A stretch of 63,784 nt of DNA, counting the filler, from Candidatus Omnitrophota bacterium (lineage in GTDB: Bacteria; Omnitrophota; Gorgyraeia; Zapsychrales; Zapsychraceae): the NCBI GenBank assembly GCA_015233495.1. It is 4 parts of 4 records of this genome, joined end to end, with 100 filler letters (N's around TTAATTAATTAA, not from the genome) between each part and the next. Parts side by side here need not be neighbours in the genome. Positions count along the whole stretch, not along the records: positions 50,497 to 63,784 come from JADFXQ010000048.1; 3 more parts are not named here. One strand, given 5' to 3'. Shown in pieces: positions 54,976 to 63,784 of this stretch. The stretch's first letter is position 1, and every line of letters begins with the position of its first letter. The notes under the pieces are model-generated. The model was not told the origin of the DNA, searched no databases, and saw only the letters and a program-made list of their open reading frames with translations. The translations under genes and the position numbers were made by a program.

Positions 54976-56425
54976 CCAGCAACTCCTGCACAATCTCCCG
55001 CTCGTTGAAATCGATCGTGCGGTCTTGAAAGATTTGATAGGTCTCATGCCCTTTGCCGGCGATCAAAACAATATCGTCCTTTTGGGCTTCGCCGAGCGCC
55101 GCGGCAATCGCTTCCCGCCGGTCTTCAATGACCCGGTAATTGTCCCGCGTAAACCCGCCGCAGATCTGGGCAATAATATCCCCCGTATTTTCACCGCGCG
55201 AATTATCGCTGGTCACAATCGAGAAGTCGGCCAGACTTCCGGCCACTTCGCCCATCAACGGACGCTTGGTTTTGTCCCGGTCGCCTCCGCAGCCAAAAAC
55301 CAGAATGATCCGCTGGCGGGCAATCGCCCGCAAAGTCGTCAACACATTCCACAAGGCGTCTTGGGTATGCGCGTAATCCGTATAGACAAAAAAATCCTGG
55401 CCGCCTTGCACCGGTTCCAACCGGCCGGGCACCCGGCTTAAATTTCCCACGCCGCGGCGAATCGCTTCGGGATCAACCCCTTGCGCGATGGCCGCGGTTA
55501 TCGCCGCCAAAATATTATAAACATTAAACCGGCCAATCAAAGCCGAATGCATCTCCCATAAACCCAGCGGCGTGACCGCCGTAAACTCCGTCCGGTCGCA
55601 GCCCAAAACCAACCTTTGCGGCCGGACTGCCGCGGCCTCACTGAACCCATAAGTCAAGCTGTCCGCTTTGGTCAAACTCAATAAACGACTGCCATAAGGA
55701 TCATCCAAATTAATCACTGCCCGGCTCGTTACCGGTAAACTCGTGAACAATTTCGCCTTGGCGGAGAAATAAGCTTCCCGGGTGTGATGATAATCCAGGT
55801 GGTCGCTGGTTAAATTAGTGAAAACCGCCGTAGAAAAACGGATCAAATCCGCACGCCCCTGATCTAACGCGTGCGATGAGACTTCCATCACGCAACAAGC
55901 CGCGCCAGCGGCGCGCATCTCGCGTAACAATTGCTGATTATCCGCCAATCCGGGGGTCGTATTGCCGGAAGGCCAGATCCGGTCTGCGCAACGGTGATTC
56001 ACTGTCCCGATCACGCCGCAAGTCATTCCCGCCGCGCGATAAATCGCTTCCAGCAAATACGTGAATGTCGTCTTGCCGTTCGTGCCGGTGACGCCGATCA
56101 CGGGCATTTCTGCCGAAGGATCGCCATAAAAACGAGTCGCGAAAATTTTTAACGCCCGCTCCGGATCAGCGACCCGGATAAAACACGCCTGGGGATAATC
56201 GCTTGCGGACGCAAAATCAACCGCGCTCACCACCGCCGCGGCGCCGCGCTGTAAAGCATCGGCAATAAACCCCGCGCCATTTTGCTTCGTTCCTTGACGA
56301 CCGACAAACAAAGCGCCGGGTGTCACTTGGCGCGAATCTACTGCCAAGGACGTAATCTCCCGATCACCGGATAGAGCCGGGCTGCTGGATAACGGAATCC
56401 CCTCAAGGAGTTTTTGGAGTTTCAT
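54950..56425 (-). CDS. murE: MurE ligase
   Basis: GVTGTNGKTT, MEVSSHAL, DHLDYH, DYAHT, GCGGDRD, SDNSR and AGKGHE motifs. Confidence 0.96.
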   Translation of the reverse strand: MKLQKLLEGIPLSSSPALSGDREITSLAVDSRQVTPGALFVGRQGTKQNGAGFIADALQRGAAAVVSAVDFASASDYPQACFIRVADPERALKIFATRFYGDPSAEMPVIGVTGTNGKTTFTYLLEAIYRAAGMTCGVIGTVNHRCADRIWPSGNTTPGLADNQQLLREMRAAGAACCVMEVSSHALDQGRADLIRFSTAVFTNLTSDHLDYHHTREAYFSAKAKLFTSLPVTSRAVINLDDPYGSRLLSLTKADSLTYGFSEAAAVRPQRLVLGCDRTEFTAVTPLGLWEMHSALIGRFNVYNILAAITAAIAQGVDPEAIRRGVGNLSRVPGRLEPVQGGQDFFVYTDYAHTQDALWNVLTTLRAIARQRIILVFGCGGDRDKTKRPLMGEVAGSLADFSIVTSDNSRGENTGDIIAQICGGFTRDNYRVIEDRREAIAAALGEAQKDDIVLIAGKGHETYQIFQDRTIDFNEREIVQELLDVKNRRCC

Positions 56426-58112
56426 TAACTTTTCCCGCGTCGACCACACTCAAATATTTTAATGCGTTTTCCATCACCTCTTTAAATACCGGCGCGGCCA
56501 CTGTCCCGCCGTAATAACTCGGATGCGGCTCATCAAAAACCACCACTGCGGCCAAACGCGGATTTTCCACAGGCGCGAAACCGATGAATGACGCGTAAAA
56601 CTTGTCATGCGAATACGTGCCGCCAACCACCTTTTGCGCCGTGCCGGTCTTTCCCCCTACGCTCACCCCATCGATCCGCGCCGTCTTGGCAGTGCCTTCC
56701 TCCACCACGCCGCGCAAAATTTCCCGCAATCTTTTGGCGGTTTCCACCGACATCACCCGGCCCAATTCCCGGGGTCCAAACGCCTCAATCACCTGATCAT
56801 ATTTATCTTTAACCGCTTTGACCACATACGGCTTCATATACACCCCGTCATTCGCCACCGCGGCGATCGCGCCAAGCAATTGAATCGGGGTGACCGTGAC
56901 CTCCTGACCGATCGGCACGGCGCCGATCGAAGTCTTGGACCATTGAGCAACCGGCTTAATCACCCCCGCCACTTCCCCTTTCAAATCAATGCCCGTCAAC
57001 TCGCCGAAGCGATAGCGTTTCGCGTATTTATAAACCAAATCCGGCCCGATTTTCTGAGCGATTTTTGTGGTCCCGATATTGCTCGACACCTCAATCACCT
57101 GACGGAACGTAATAAACCCGTGCCGCGTGTGATCATGCAAAATATGATTCGCGACGCGGTATTCGCCATTTTCACAATAAACCTTATCTTCTTCCTTGAC
57201 CCCGCCTTCTTCCAAAGCCGCGGCTGCCGTCACAATTTTAAACACCGACCCCGGTTCATTCATAAAACTGATCGCCCGATTGGTGCGGCTTTCGGTCGAA
57301 CTGCTGGCGGCGTTGGCCAAATCATAAGTCGGGACATTCGCTAAAGCCAAAACCTCGCCGGTTTTCACGTCGACAACGATCATGGACGCGGCAGCGGCGT
57401 GGTGTTTTTCCGCGCCCTTGGCCAAAGCCTGCTCGGTGAGATACTGAATTGTTTCGTCAATCGTCAAGACGAGATTCATCCCGTCCTGCGGCGGCAAAAA
57501 TTCCGGGTCAAGCATCAATTGGCGCTGCCGCGCGTCGCGCCGGACGTTCATCCATCCCGGCTCCCCTTTCAAACGGCGATTGAACGCCAACTCCAAACCT
57601 TCCAACCCCTCATTGTCGATTCCGGCAAATCCGATCACATGCGCAGCCAACGGCCCGCCCGGATAATAACGTTTGCTTTCTTTTTGAAAACCCAACCCCG
57701 GGATGCGCCATGCCTTAATTTTTTCCACGACATCGCTCGACATTTTACGATAAAGCCAAACGAAATACCGGTCCTTGGCTAATTGACCGGAAATTTCCGC
57801 CGGACTCATATTGAGTAAAGGCGATAAATTCATCACCGCCGACTGTTTGTTCGCCTCGGACATCACGCGCGGGTTGGCGAATAAAGAATATACCGCGATA
57901 TTAAACGCCAACGGTCGTTTATTCCGGTCAAAAATCGTGCCCCGCACCGGTTCCAGCTCAATGACCTGTTCATGCTGTCGTCGGGCCAAATGCGTTAAAT
58001 AAGCGGATCGAAAAATCTGGATGAAAACCAGATGGACGGCAAAAAAGATAAGCAATCCTAAGAGGAAGAGAAAGACAATGCTGAAACGAAAAGGATATTT
58101 GCGGATTTGCAC
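56403..58112 (-). CDS. ftsI: Class B penicillin-binding protein (FtsI/PBP3)
   Basis: RGTIFDRN, EPGSVFK (SxxK), SSN and KTGTAQK motifs. Confidence 0.94.
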   Translation of the reverse strand: MQIRKYPFRFSIVFLFLLGLLIFFAVHLVFIQIFRSAYLTHLARRQHEQVIELEPVRGTIFDRNKRPLAFNIAVYSLFANPRVMSEANKQSAVMNLSPLLNMSPAEISGQLAKDRYFVWLYRKMSSDVVEKIKAWRIPGLGFQKESKRYYPGGPLAAHVIGFAGIDNEGLEGLELAFNRRLKGEPGWMNVRRDARQRQLMLDPEFLPPQDGMNLVLTIDETIQYLTEQALAKGAEKHHAAAASMIVVDVKTGEVLALANVPTYDLANAASSSTESRTNRAISFMNEPGSVFKIVTAAAALEEGGVKEEDKVYCENGEYRVANHILHDHTRHGFITFRQVIEVSSNIGTTKIAQKIGPDLVYKYAKRYRFGELTGIDLKGEVAGVIKPVAQWSKTSIGAVPIGQEVTVTPIQLLGAIAAVANDGVYMKPYVVKAVKDKYDQVIEAFGPRELGRVMSVETAKRLREILRGVVEEGTAKTARIDGVSVGGKTGTAQKVVGGTYSHDKFYASFIGFAPVENPRLAAVVVFDEPHPSYYGGTVAAPVFKEVMENALKYLSVVDAGKVNETPKTP

Positions 58113-58119
58113 GGGACTT

Positions 58120-58491
58120 CTATTCTTTTGTCAAACTTAATAAACTCAACATCGGGTTGTCTTTTTCCGCTGCCGACGCTGCCGGGGCGGAAGCTGCGGC
58201 TGGCTGCGCTGTCGTCTTGTCGGGCGGCGCGGAAATCTGGACGATGCGGCGCGGATCCGCGAAACGCAGTCCCGAATTTTCCTGCAACAACTTTTCGCCC
58301 AGATGACTCGCCGACTTCAGCATCGCGATATTGTAAGACAAATGCCCGTTTTCTTCCGTCAGCTGCCGGACCTGTTGTTCTTTTTTCTTTCCGATATAAG
58401 CCAGATTAACGATTTGAATTTGCAGGTGAATATAGCATAAAGCGAAGAGCGTGACGCAACTCAGACTTTGGAAAACACGGTTGATCGGCAT
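58120..58491 (-). CDS. ftsL: FtsL-like cell division protein
   Basis: TM plus short coiled coil, located between rsmH and ftsI. Confidence 0.7.
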   Translation of the reverse strand: MPINRVFQSLSCVTLFALCYIHLQIQIVNLAYIGKKKEQQVRQLTEENGHLSYNIAMLKSASHLGEKLLQENSGLRFADPRRIVQISAPPDKTTAQPAAASAPAASAAEKDNPMLSLLSLTKE

Positions 58492-59394
58492 TTATATCCT
58501 TTCCACGGCGCGCAAGCGAGCGCTGCGCGAACGGTGATTATTTTCAATTTCCTCCGGCGACGGCCTTAAGGGTTTTTTGGTCAACGCCCTGGCCATGCCG
58601 TTGTCTCCCCAAGCCCGAAAAGTATTTTTTACAATCCGGTCTTCCAAAGAATGAAACCCGATCACCACAAATCGTCCTTGCGGACGCAACACGGCGTACC
58701 CTTGAGCCAACCCCTCGGTCAAAACCTCCAATTCGCGATTCACGGCGATCCGCAGCGCTTGAAAAGTCCGCGTCGCCGGATGAATGCGGTCCTGCCGGCC
58801 GCGCGGCCCAACGCAGCGCAAAATAAGCAAACTCAGTTCCCGCGTCGTGATAATCGGCTGCCTCTCCCGCTGTTGCACTATCGCCCGGGCAATGCGCCGG
58901 CTATGCCGTTCTTCGCCATATTCGCGGATGATCTGTTCAATTTCTCGTTCTGAAAGACGGTTGACCAAATCAGAAGCGGTCTGGCCCTGGCTGGGGTCCA
59001 TACGCATCTCCAACGGCCCTTCCTGCCGCACGTTAAAGCCGCGCGCGTAATCATCCAATTGCAAGCTTGAAACGCCGATATCCAAAAGAATGCCGTCGAC
59101 CGACGCAATGCATAGACCAGCCAACAATTCCTTTAACCGGCTAAAATTTCCCTGCGCGAAAAGGCATCGCTCGGCAAACGCGGTCAGACGCTCCGCCGCG
59201 ATCTTTAACGCCGCCGCGTCCTGATCAATCGCGATCAGACGTCCCGTGTTTCCCAGCCGCTCAACGATCGCCAAGCTGTGTCCCGCCAAACCAACCGTGC
59301 CGTCCACTATCACGGCGCCGGGCTGCGGATTCAATAATTCCACCGCAGCTTTCAACATCACCGGCATATGCCTATTTTCCGCGTCACGTATCAT
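58492..59394 (-). CDS. rsmH: 16S rRNA m4C1402 methyltransferase
   Basis: H.PVML, DGTVGLAGHS, DIGVSS.QLD, HPATRTFQALRIAVN and FHSLEDRIVK motifs. Confidence 0.96.
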   Translation of the reverse strand: MIRDAENRHMPVMLKAAVELLNPQPGAVIVDGTVGLAGHSLAIVERLGNTGRLIAIDQDAAALKIAAERLTAFAERCLFAQGNFSRLKELLAGLCIASVDGILLDIGVSSLQLDDYARGFNVRQEGPLEMRMDPSQGQTASDLVNRLSEREIEQIIREYGEERHSRRIARAIVQQRERQPIITTRELSLLILRCVGPRGRQDRIHPATRTFQALRIAVNRELEVLTEGLAQGYAVLRPQGRFVVIGFHSLEDRIVKNTFRAWGDNGMARALTKKPLRPSPEEIENNHRSRSARLRAVERI

Positions 59395-59398
59395 GAAA

Positions 59399-59836
59399 TT
59401 AGAGATCAATCATCTGCTCGGCGATTTGCTCATACGACGCGTTGGAATTCTGATAAAAAGCGTTCCAAATGTTCTGGTCCCAAATTTCAATCCGGTTGGA
59501 AACGCCAATGATCACGGTTTCTTTCGAGATCGACGCGTAATCTTTCAAATATTGCGGGACAACGAACCGCCCCTGCTTATCGGGAACAATGTCTACGGCC
59601 CCGGAAAAAAACAACCGATTGAACGTCCGTGCCTGTTGTTTAGTGAACGACAGAGCCCGGAACTTCTGCTCCTGTTTTCCCCACTCCTCAGCGGTAAACA
59701 TAAAAATACACTGATCCAAACCGCGGGTCAAAAAAAACTGCTCAATTCCGTTGGTTACGCAGACCTCGCGCAATCGCGCCGGCAAAACGATCCGGCCTTT
59801 GTCGTCTAAGCTGTGGCTGAACTCCCCATAAAACAT
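59399..59836 (-). CDS. mraZ: Transcriptional regulator MraZ
   Basis: MFYGEFSHSLDDKGR, DKQGR and RIEIW motifs. Confidence 0.96.
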   Translation of the reverse strand: MFYGEFSHSLDDKGRIVLPARLREVCVTNGIEQFFLTRGLDQCIFMFTAEEWGKQEQKFRALSFTKQQARTFNRLFFSGAVDIVPDKQGRFVVPQYLKDYASISKETVIIGVSNRIEIWDQNIWNAFYQNSNASYEQIAEQMIDL

Positions 59837-59906
59837 TGAAATTGTTTCCTTCAAATAAAAAAACGCAAATGGCACAACCCCTTGAGAGCCGCCATGAGGA
59901 TTCGCC

Positions 59907-59972
59907 TATTCCACTTTATTCCACTTTCCTCCACTGCGTCATCAGTATAAAAAGACCGTTCCGGCTTGTCAA
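59907..59972 (-). promoter_or_regulatory. dcw promoter and MraZ-binding repeats
   Basis: TTGACA-N17-TATACT (59972-59944), followed by three AGTGG repeats at 10-nt spacing (CCACT at 59911, 59921, 59931). Confidence 0.88.
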
Positions 59973-60033
59973 TATAAAAAATCGCTTCCTGAATTTTGCT
60001 TCTTTTGAATGAGTAGCGGAGAGTACTACGGCT

Positions 60034-60972
60034 TTACGCGGGGCTTAAATGAAAATACCTTCGGGCGGCTTCTTCATCCAGCCGCATCTGGGAGACCAAA
60101 TCGGCAAGGGACGCAAACTTCTTCTCCGGACGGAGATAGTGGAGAAATTCCACCTGGAGGGTTTGACCATAAAGCGGTTGATGAAAATTCAAAATATAGG
60201 TTTCAATATTGATTGCCGGAGCAGTCCGGCGAATGGTCGGCCGAATGCCGACATTCGCAATCGCGGGGTATTTTTTGCCTTTGACCCCGGCGTGAACGCA
60301 ATAAACCCCATTTGGCGGCAAAACCACATCGCGGGGATCCATATTTGCCGTCGGGAATCCTAACGATGCGCCCCGACGGTCTCCCGGACGCACCCGGCCG
60401 GTAACCGCAAACGGCCGGCCCAACAGACGCGCCGCGTTTTTTAATTCTCCGCCGGCCATCAATTGGCGGATCCGGGACCTGCTGATTTTATGGTGTTGCT
60501 GCCCCACGCAATGCACCACATCCACTTTGAATCCCTGACTGCTTCCCGCTTTTTTAAACACGGCCAGGGTTCCTTCCCGGTCATGGCCAAAACGAAAATC
60601 AAACCCAACGTAAACCTCGACCGGCCGGATCTTGTGAGCCAGATAGTTTCGAATAAATGTTTGCGGGTCAAGCCGGGCAAAACGGCGCGTGAACGGCGCC
60701 ACCAGACATTGGTCCACCCCAAGCTCCGCCAGCCATTGCAGACGCTGATCCAGCGACATCAAATAAGGATGGGAAATTTCGGGATGAATGATTTTAAACG
60801 GATGCGGCCAAAAGGTCATCACCCAGCATTCGCCGCCGATCCGCCGGGACTGGGCGACCGCGGCGCGGATCAGGGCCTGATGTCCCCGATGCCCTCCGTC
60901 AAAAACCCCGATCGCTAAAACCCGCGGTCGGCTGGGAGGTTTAACCTTGCCAATTCCGTACGTTACTTTCAT
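60034..60972 (-). CDS. ribF: Bifunctional riboflavin kinase/FAD synthetase
   Basis: IGVFDG.HRGH, GFDFRFG, LGFPTAN, NVGIRPT and LRPEKKF motifs. Confidence 0.95.
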   Translation of the reverse strand: MKVTYGIGKVKPPSRPRVLAIGVFDGGHRGHQALIRAAVAQSRRIGGECWVMTFWPHPFKIIHPEISHPYLMSLDQRLQWLAELGVDQCLVAPFTRRFARLDPQTFIRNYLAHKIRPVEVYVGFDFRFGHDREGTLAVFKKAGSSQGFKVDVVHCVGQQHHKISRSRIRQLMAGGELKNAARLLGRPFAVTGRVRPGDRRGASLGFPTANMDPRDVVLPPNGVYCVHAGVKGKKYPAIANVGIRPTIRRTAPAINIETYILNFHQPLYGQTLQVEFLHYLRPEKKFASLADLVSQMRLDEEAARRYFHLSPA

Positions 60973-61603
60973 GAATATCCTCTAAACGGAATGAATCCTG
61001 AATTGAAAACGGGCCGACCTTAGTCCGTTCAATCTGCGAAATACAGGCTCCGCAGCCTAATGCCTCTCCAACATCAGCGGCCAATTGACGCACATACGTC
61101 CCTTTGGAGCATTCCATAAAAAACTGCACCTCCGGCGGCGACATCCGTTCCAATTCCAAACGGCTGATAATAATCTTTCGCGACGGACGATCAATAGTTT
61201 TCCCCTGCCGCGCCAATTGATACAATTTTTTCCCGCCGATTTTTACCGCCGAAACCATGGGCGGTTTTTGTTCTAAAGTCCCGACAAACTGTTTCAACAC
61301 TGCTTCCACCTGCGCCTGAGTAATATGCGCGCAGGGCAAACGCTTCAGCTCTTGCCCCTCCACATCCGCCGAGGTCGTGGTCAGGCCTAAAATCATCGTG
61401 GCCCGGTAGGCCTTATCAAAAGCGACAAACCGGTCAAAAAATTTTGTCCCCTGGCCCAAGAGAATGACCAACAGACCCGTGGCCAAAGGGTCCAGCGTGC
61501 CCGCGTGCCCGACCCGCCGCATATGAAATTTTCGACGGACAACTGCCACCACGTCATGCGATGTCATGCCGGAAGGTTTGTTGACTAAAAGAATTCCATC
61601 CAT
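60941..61603 (-). CDS. truB: tRNA pseudouridine(55) synthase
   Basis: NKPSGMTSHD, VGHAGTLDPLATG and CSKGTYVR motifs. Confidence 0.96.
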   Translation of the reverse strand: MDGILLVNKPSGMTSHDVVAVVRRKFHMRRVGHAGTLDPLATGLLVILLGQGTKFFDRFVAFDKAYRATMILGLTTTSADVEGQELKRLPCAHITQAQVEAVLKQFVGTLEQKPPMVSAVKIGGKKLYQLARQGKTIDRPSRKIIISRLELERMSPPEVQFFMECSKGTYVRQLAADVGEALGCGACISQIERTKVGPFSIQDSFRLEDIHESNVRNWQG

Positions 61604-61638
61604 AAATTCACGTCCTTTAAGTAATTGAGCGCTATCTG

Positions 61639-62610
61639 TCATTCCAGTTTCTTGTTTATTCTCTTTTGAATTTCTTGTTCGACTTGGTTTCTTGCCTCCC
61701 GAAGTCCACAAGGCAAGGTACAGCCGCTCGCCCGGGGGTGTCCTCCCCCGCCGAACCGGGAGGCTAACTGCGCCACATCCCAAATGGCCAAAGACCGAAA
61801 ATTTACCCGGGTGGAATCCTGCCGCATTTCCGTGAAAATGACAATCAATTCAACCCCCACGACCGTGCGCCAGAGATGAAATAACGCATCGCGCAAATCG
61901 AATTCGTCGCTGAACGCTTTTACTTGTTTTGCGGTCAAATGCAACCAGATGATTTTCCCCTCATTTGTCCGCTCGGAAGTATTGGCGATTTTCAAAAATA
62001 AACACAAATCCCGCGTTGTCGTCCTTTCGTAAAACTGATGATAAATCTCCGCCGGCTTTAAACCCGCGGCGATCAACTCTGCCGCGACGCGGTGGGTGCG
62101 GCTGGCGGTGTTTTCATAACGAAACGAACCCGTGTCCGTCATCATCCCCGCATACAATAACCAAGCCGTGGTCCGATCCATTTTCACGCCCAGCGCGGCC
62201 GCCAGGTCAAAAAGCATCTCGCACGTCGAGGACGCCTGGGGATCAACGCAATTCACGCGGCCAAACTGCCGATTGGTCACATGATGGTCAATATTGAGCA
62301 CGCGATGATTATTGATCAACGACTTGACCCGGCCGATCCGTTCCAAATCTCCGCAATCCAAAATCACGGCCGCGTCAAAAGACAGCGCCGTCCCCGGCTT
62401 CCATACCTTAATCCGCCGGGCGTCCGGCACAAAACTCAAACGTCCCGGCAGAAGCTCGGACGTCATCACCGTCGCTGTTTTCCCCAAAGCCCGCAAAATC
62501 CGGGCCAGGGCCAACTGGCCGCAAATCCCGTCGGCATCCGGATTAACGTGCGACGCGATCAAAAATCGCCGCGATTGCTTAATTTCCCGAATCAACGTCG
62601 CGTTTTTCAT
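61639..62610 (-). CDS. nrnA: DHH family phosphoesterase (NrnA-like)
   Basis: H.NPDAD, IDHH, TDTGSF and GGGGH motifs; located between rbfA and truB. Confidence 0.9.
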   Translation of the reverse strand: MKNATLIREIKQSRRFLIASHVNPDADGICGQLALARILRALGKTATVMTSELLPGRLSFVPDARRIKVWKPGTALSFDAAVILDCGDLERIGRVKSLINNHRVLNIDHHVTNRQFGRVNCVDPQASSTCEMLFDLAAALGVKMDRTTAWLLYAGMMTDTGSFRYENTASRTHRVAAELIAAGLKPAEIYHQFYERTTTRDLCLFLKIANTSERTNEGKIIWLHLTAKQVKAFSDEFDLRDALFHLWRTVVGVELIVIFTEMRQDSTRVNFRSLAIWDVAQLASRFGGGGHPRASGCTLPCGLREARNQVEQEIQKRINKKLE

Positions 62611-62941
62611 TATGGATCTCCTTCAATTTTTCCTCAATCTTCATCCCATATTCGATCGATTCATCAAAAGAAAAAAGCAGTTCCGGCGTGAATCGCATTT
62701 TTAACCGTTGGCCCAATAACCGGCGGATCAAGCCCGCGGCGCTGGTTAAGCCAGCTTGCGCGCCTTCAACCTTATCTCCCCCGCCCAACACGCTGAAATA
62801 GATCCGGCCATTGCGCAAATCCGCGCTCACTTCGGCGTGAGTGATCGACACAAACATCAACCGCGGATCGCTCAACTCCTGCTGCAGGATCAATCCAATC
62901 TCGCGTTTCACCTGATTATTCACCCGTTCCATTCTGGACAT
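62579..62941 (-). CDS. rbfA: Ribosome-binding factor A
   Basis: RMERV, DPRL, VSADL and RFTPEL.F.FDES motifs. Confidence 0.95.
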   Translation of the reverse strand: MSRMERVNNQVKREIGLILQQELSDPRLMFVSITHAEVSADLRNGRIYFSVLGGGDKVEGAQAGLTSAAGLIRRLLGQRLKMRFTPELLFSFDESIEYGMKIEEKLKEIHNEKRDVDSGN

Positions 62942-63032
62942 ACCGCGCTCCCTTCCCTAAACTGCTAAATATCTATTCCCGCGGAAAAACACGCGGCGCT
63001 GAAAAGCGCCGCCAGAAAAAATTGAATAAAAT

Positions 63033-63784
63033 TCATATAGCGCGCTTCAACCTTTCTCGGACAAACGCCTGTTCCTCCGCGACTGTTTTGACTATACCGT
63101 CGATTTTCGCGTCGAAAAGATCGTCCATAACCCGGCCGATTTCTTTCCCGGCGGCGAAACCATATTTTTGCAAATCCGCGCCGTTGAGCTTTAAAGCCGG
63201 AGTTCCCGGCTTGGCTAAAAACCAATTCAATTTTTTAACCGCGTCTCCGGCAGCAGCCCGCAGACGAAAATACACCAAAGCCGCCGGCGAAAAACGGATT
63301 AACCCCCGGTAAATCTCGCTCTTCTTGCGCTGTCCCGACAAAAGCCGCGCTATTTCCGGCCCTTGCCGGCTCTGCCGCATTGCCAGCATCTCGGCTTTTG
63401 TCAAATGAACGTCCCGACCGAACTTTTCCAATACGGGCAAAGAAAATCGCGCTGTCAAAGCCAGCAAACGCGGCAGCCAGATTTCGCCGGTGAAGCGGCC
63501 CGCCAGCGCAAGTCGCGAGGTTTCCCATTTTTTATCTAAACGGATTGCCGCTTCCGGATCAAAATCCTGCGCTTCCCCGAAAAGACGAAAAGCGCTCCAT
63601 TGTTTTAGCCGCCGCAGACTGGCCGCAGCGGTTTCTTCCTGCAAAATTTTTTTCAATTCCCGGAAATACCGAAACGGATGCGTCTGGGGAAGGGAAGCGC
63701 CCGCCAAAACCGCCTTGCTTTGCCCTAAGGTTTTCGACTCGATTCGAAAACCCAACCGCCGTTCAAACCGGGCCCGCCGGAACA
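63033..63784 (-). CDS. CCA-adding enzyme / poly(A) polymerase family, C-terminal part (5'-truncated)
   Basis: R.ARFERRLGFRIE..T, R.FRELKKIL.E and LNGADL...G...GKEIG motifs. Confidence 0.75.
   Translation of the reverse strand, partial: FRRARFERRLGFRIESKTLGQSKAVLAGASLPQTHPFRYFRELKKILQEETAAASLRRLKQWSAFRLFGEAQDFDPEAAIRLDKKWETSRLALAGRFTGEIWLPRLLALTARFSLPVLEKFGRDVHLTKAEMLAMRQSRQGPEIARLLSGQRKKSEIYRGLIRFSPAALVYFRLRAAAGDAVKKLNWFLAKPGTPALKLNGADLQKYGFAAGKEIGRVMDDLFDAKIDGIVKTVAEEQAFVRERLKRAI

Noticed and set aside
61604..61783. Long TruB N-terminal extension in the ORF track
   Set aside because: It overlaps nrnA extensively; the RBS and homology favour a start at 61603 (or 61642).
62965..63039. 23-codon hydrophobic ORF (MNFIQFFLAALFSAACFSAGIDI) between cca and rbfA
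   Set aside because: Too short to support; it could be a remnant or small peptide but there is no independent evidence.

Overview
This window is bacterial MAG-type sequence. It consists of four contigs joined by artificial 100-nt N/TTAATTAATTAA linkers (17285-17384, 34044-34143, 50397-50496), so adjacency across linkers is not biological. The gene content suggests Candidatus Omnitrophota; this is an inference from the large-protein family, an Flp-type pilin and the diderm anaerobe gene set, not a database result. Housekeeping blocks: (1) dCMP deaminase-GH5-TrmH-RluB-ABC-F-rmuC-pgeF-cutA; (2) a cobalamin riboswitch with a TonB receptor; (3) a low-GC glycan-modification island; (4) emrB, metF, ccdA and PFOR; (5) nth-era-pfkB; (6) the dcw cluster (mraZ to ftsW) preceded by cca-rbfA-nrnA-truB-ribF. 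The most unusual system is two tandem arrays of large exported modular proteins interleaved with toxin-antitoxin modules or their remnants. Each protein has a conserved N-terminal domain, variable cargo bounded by Ser-Pro linkers and a GGVD tail; one cargo has an intact JAB/JAMM motif. Other notable items are a 132-nt dispersed structured element with five compensatory base-pair changes, GTAG-type REP/REPIN elements inserted in-frame in protein loops and inside the riboswitch, and heptamer-based inverted-repeat elements that begin at stop codons. No rRNA, tRNA, CRISPR array or transposase was seen.
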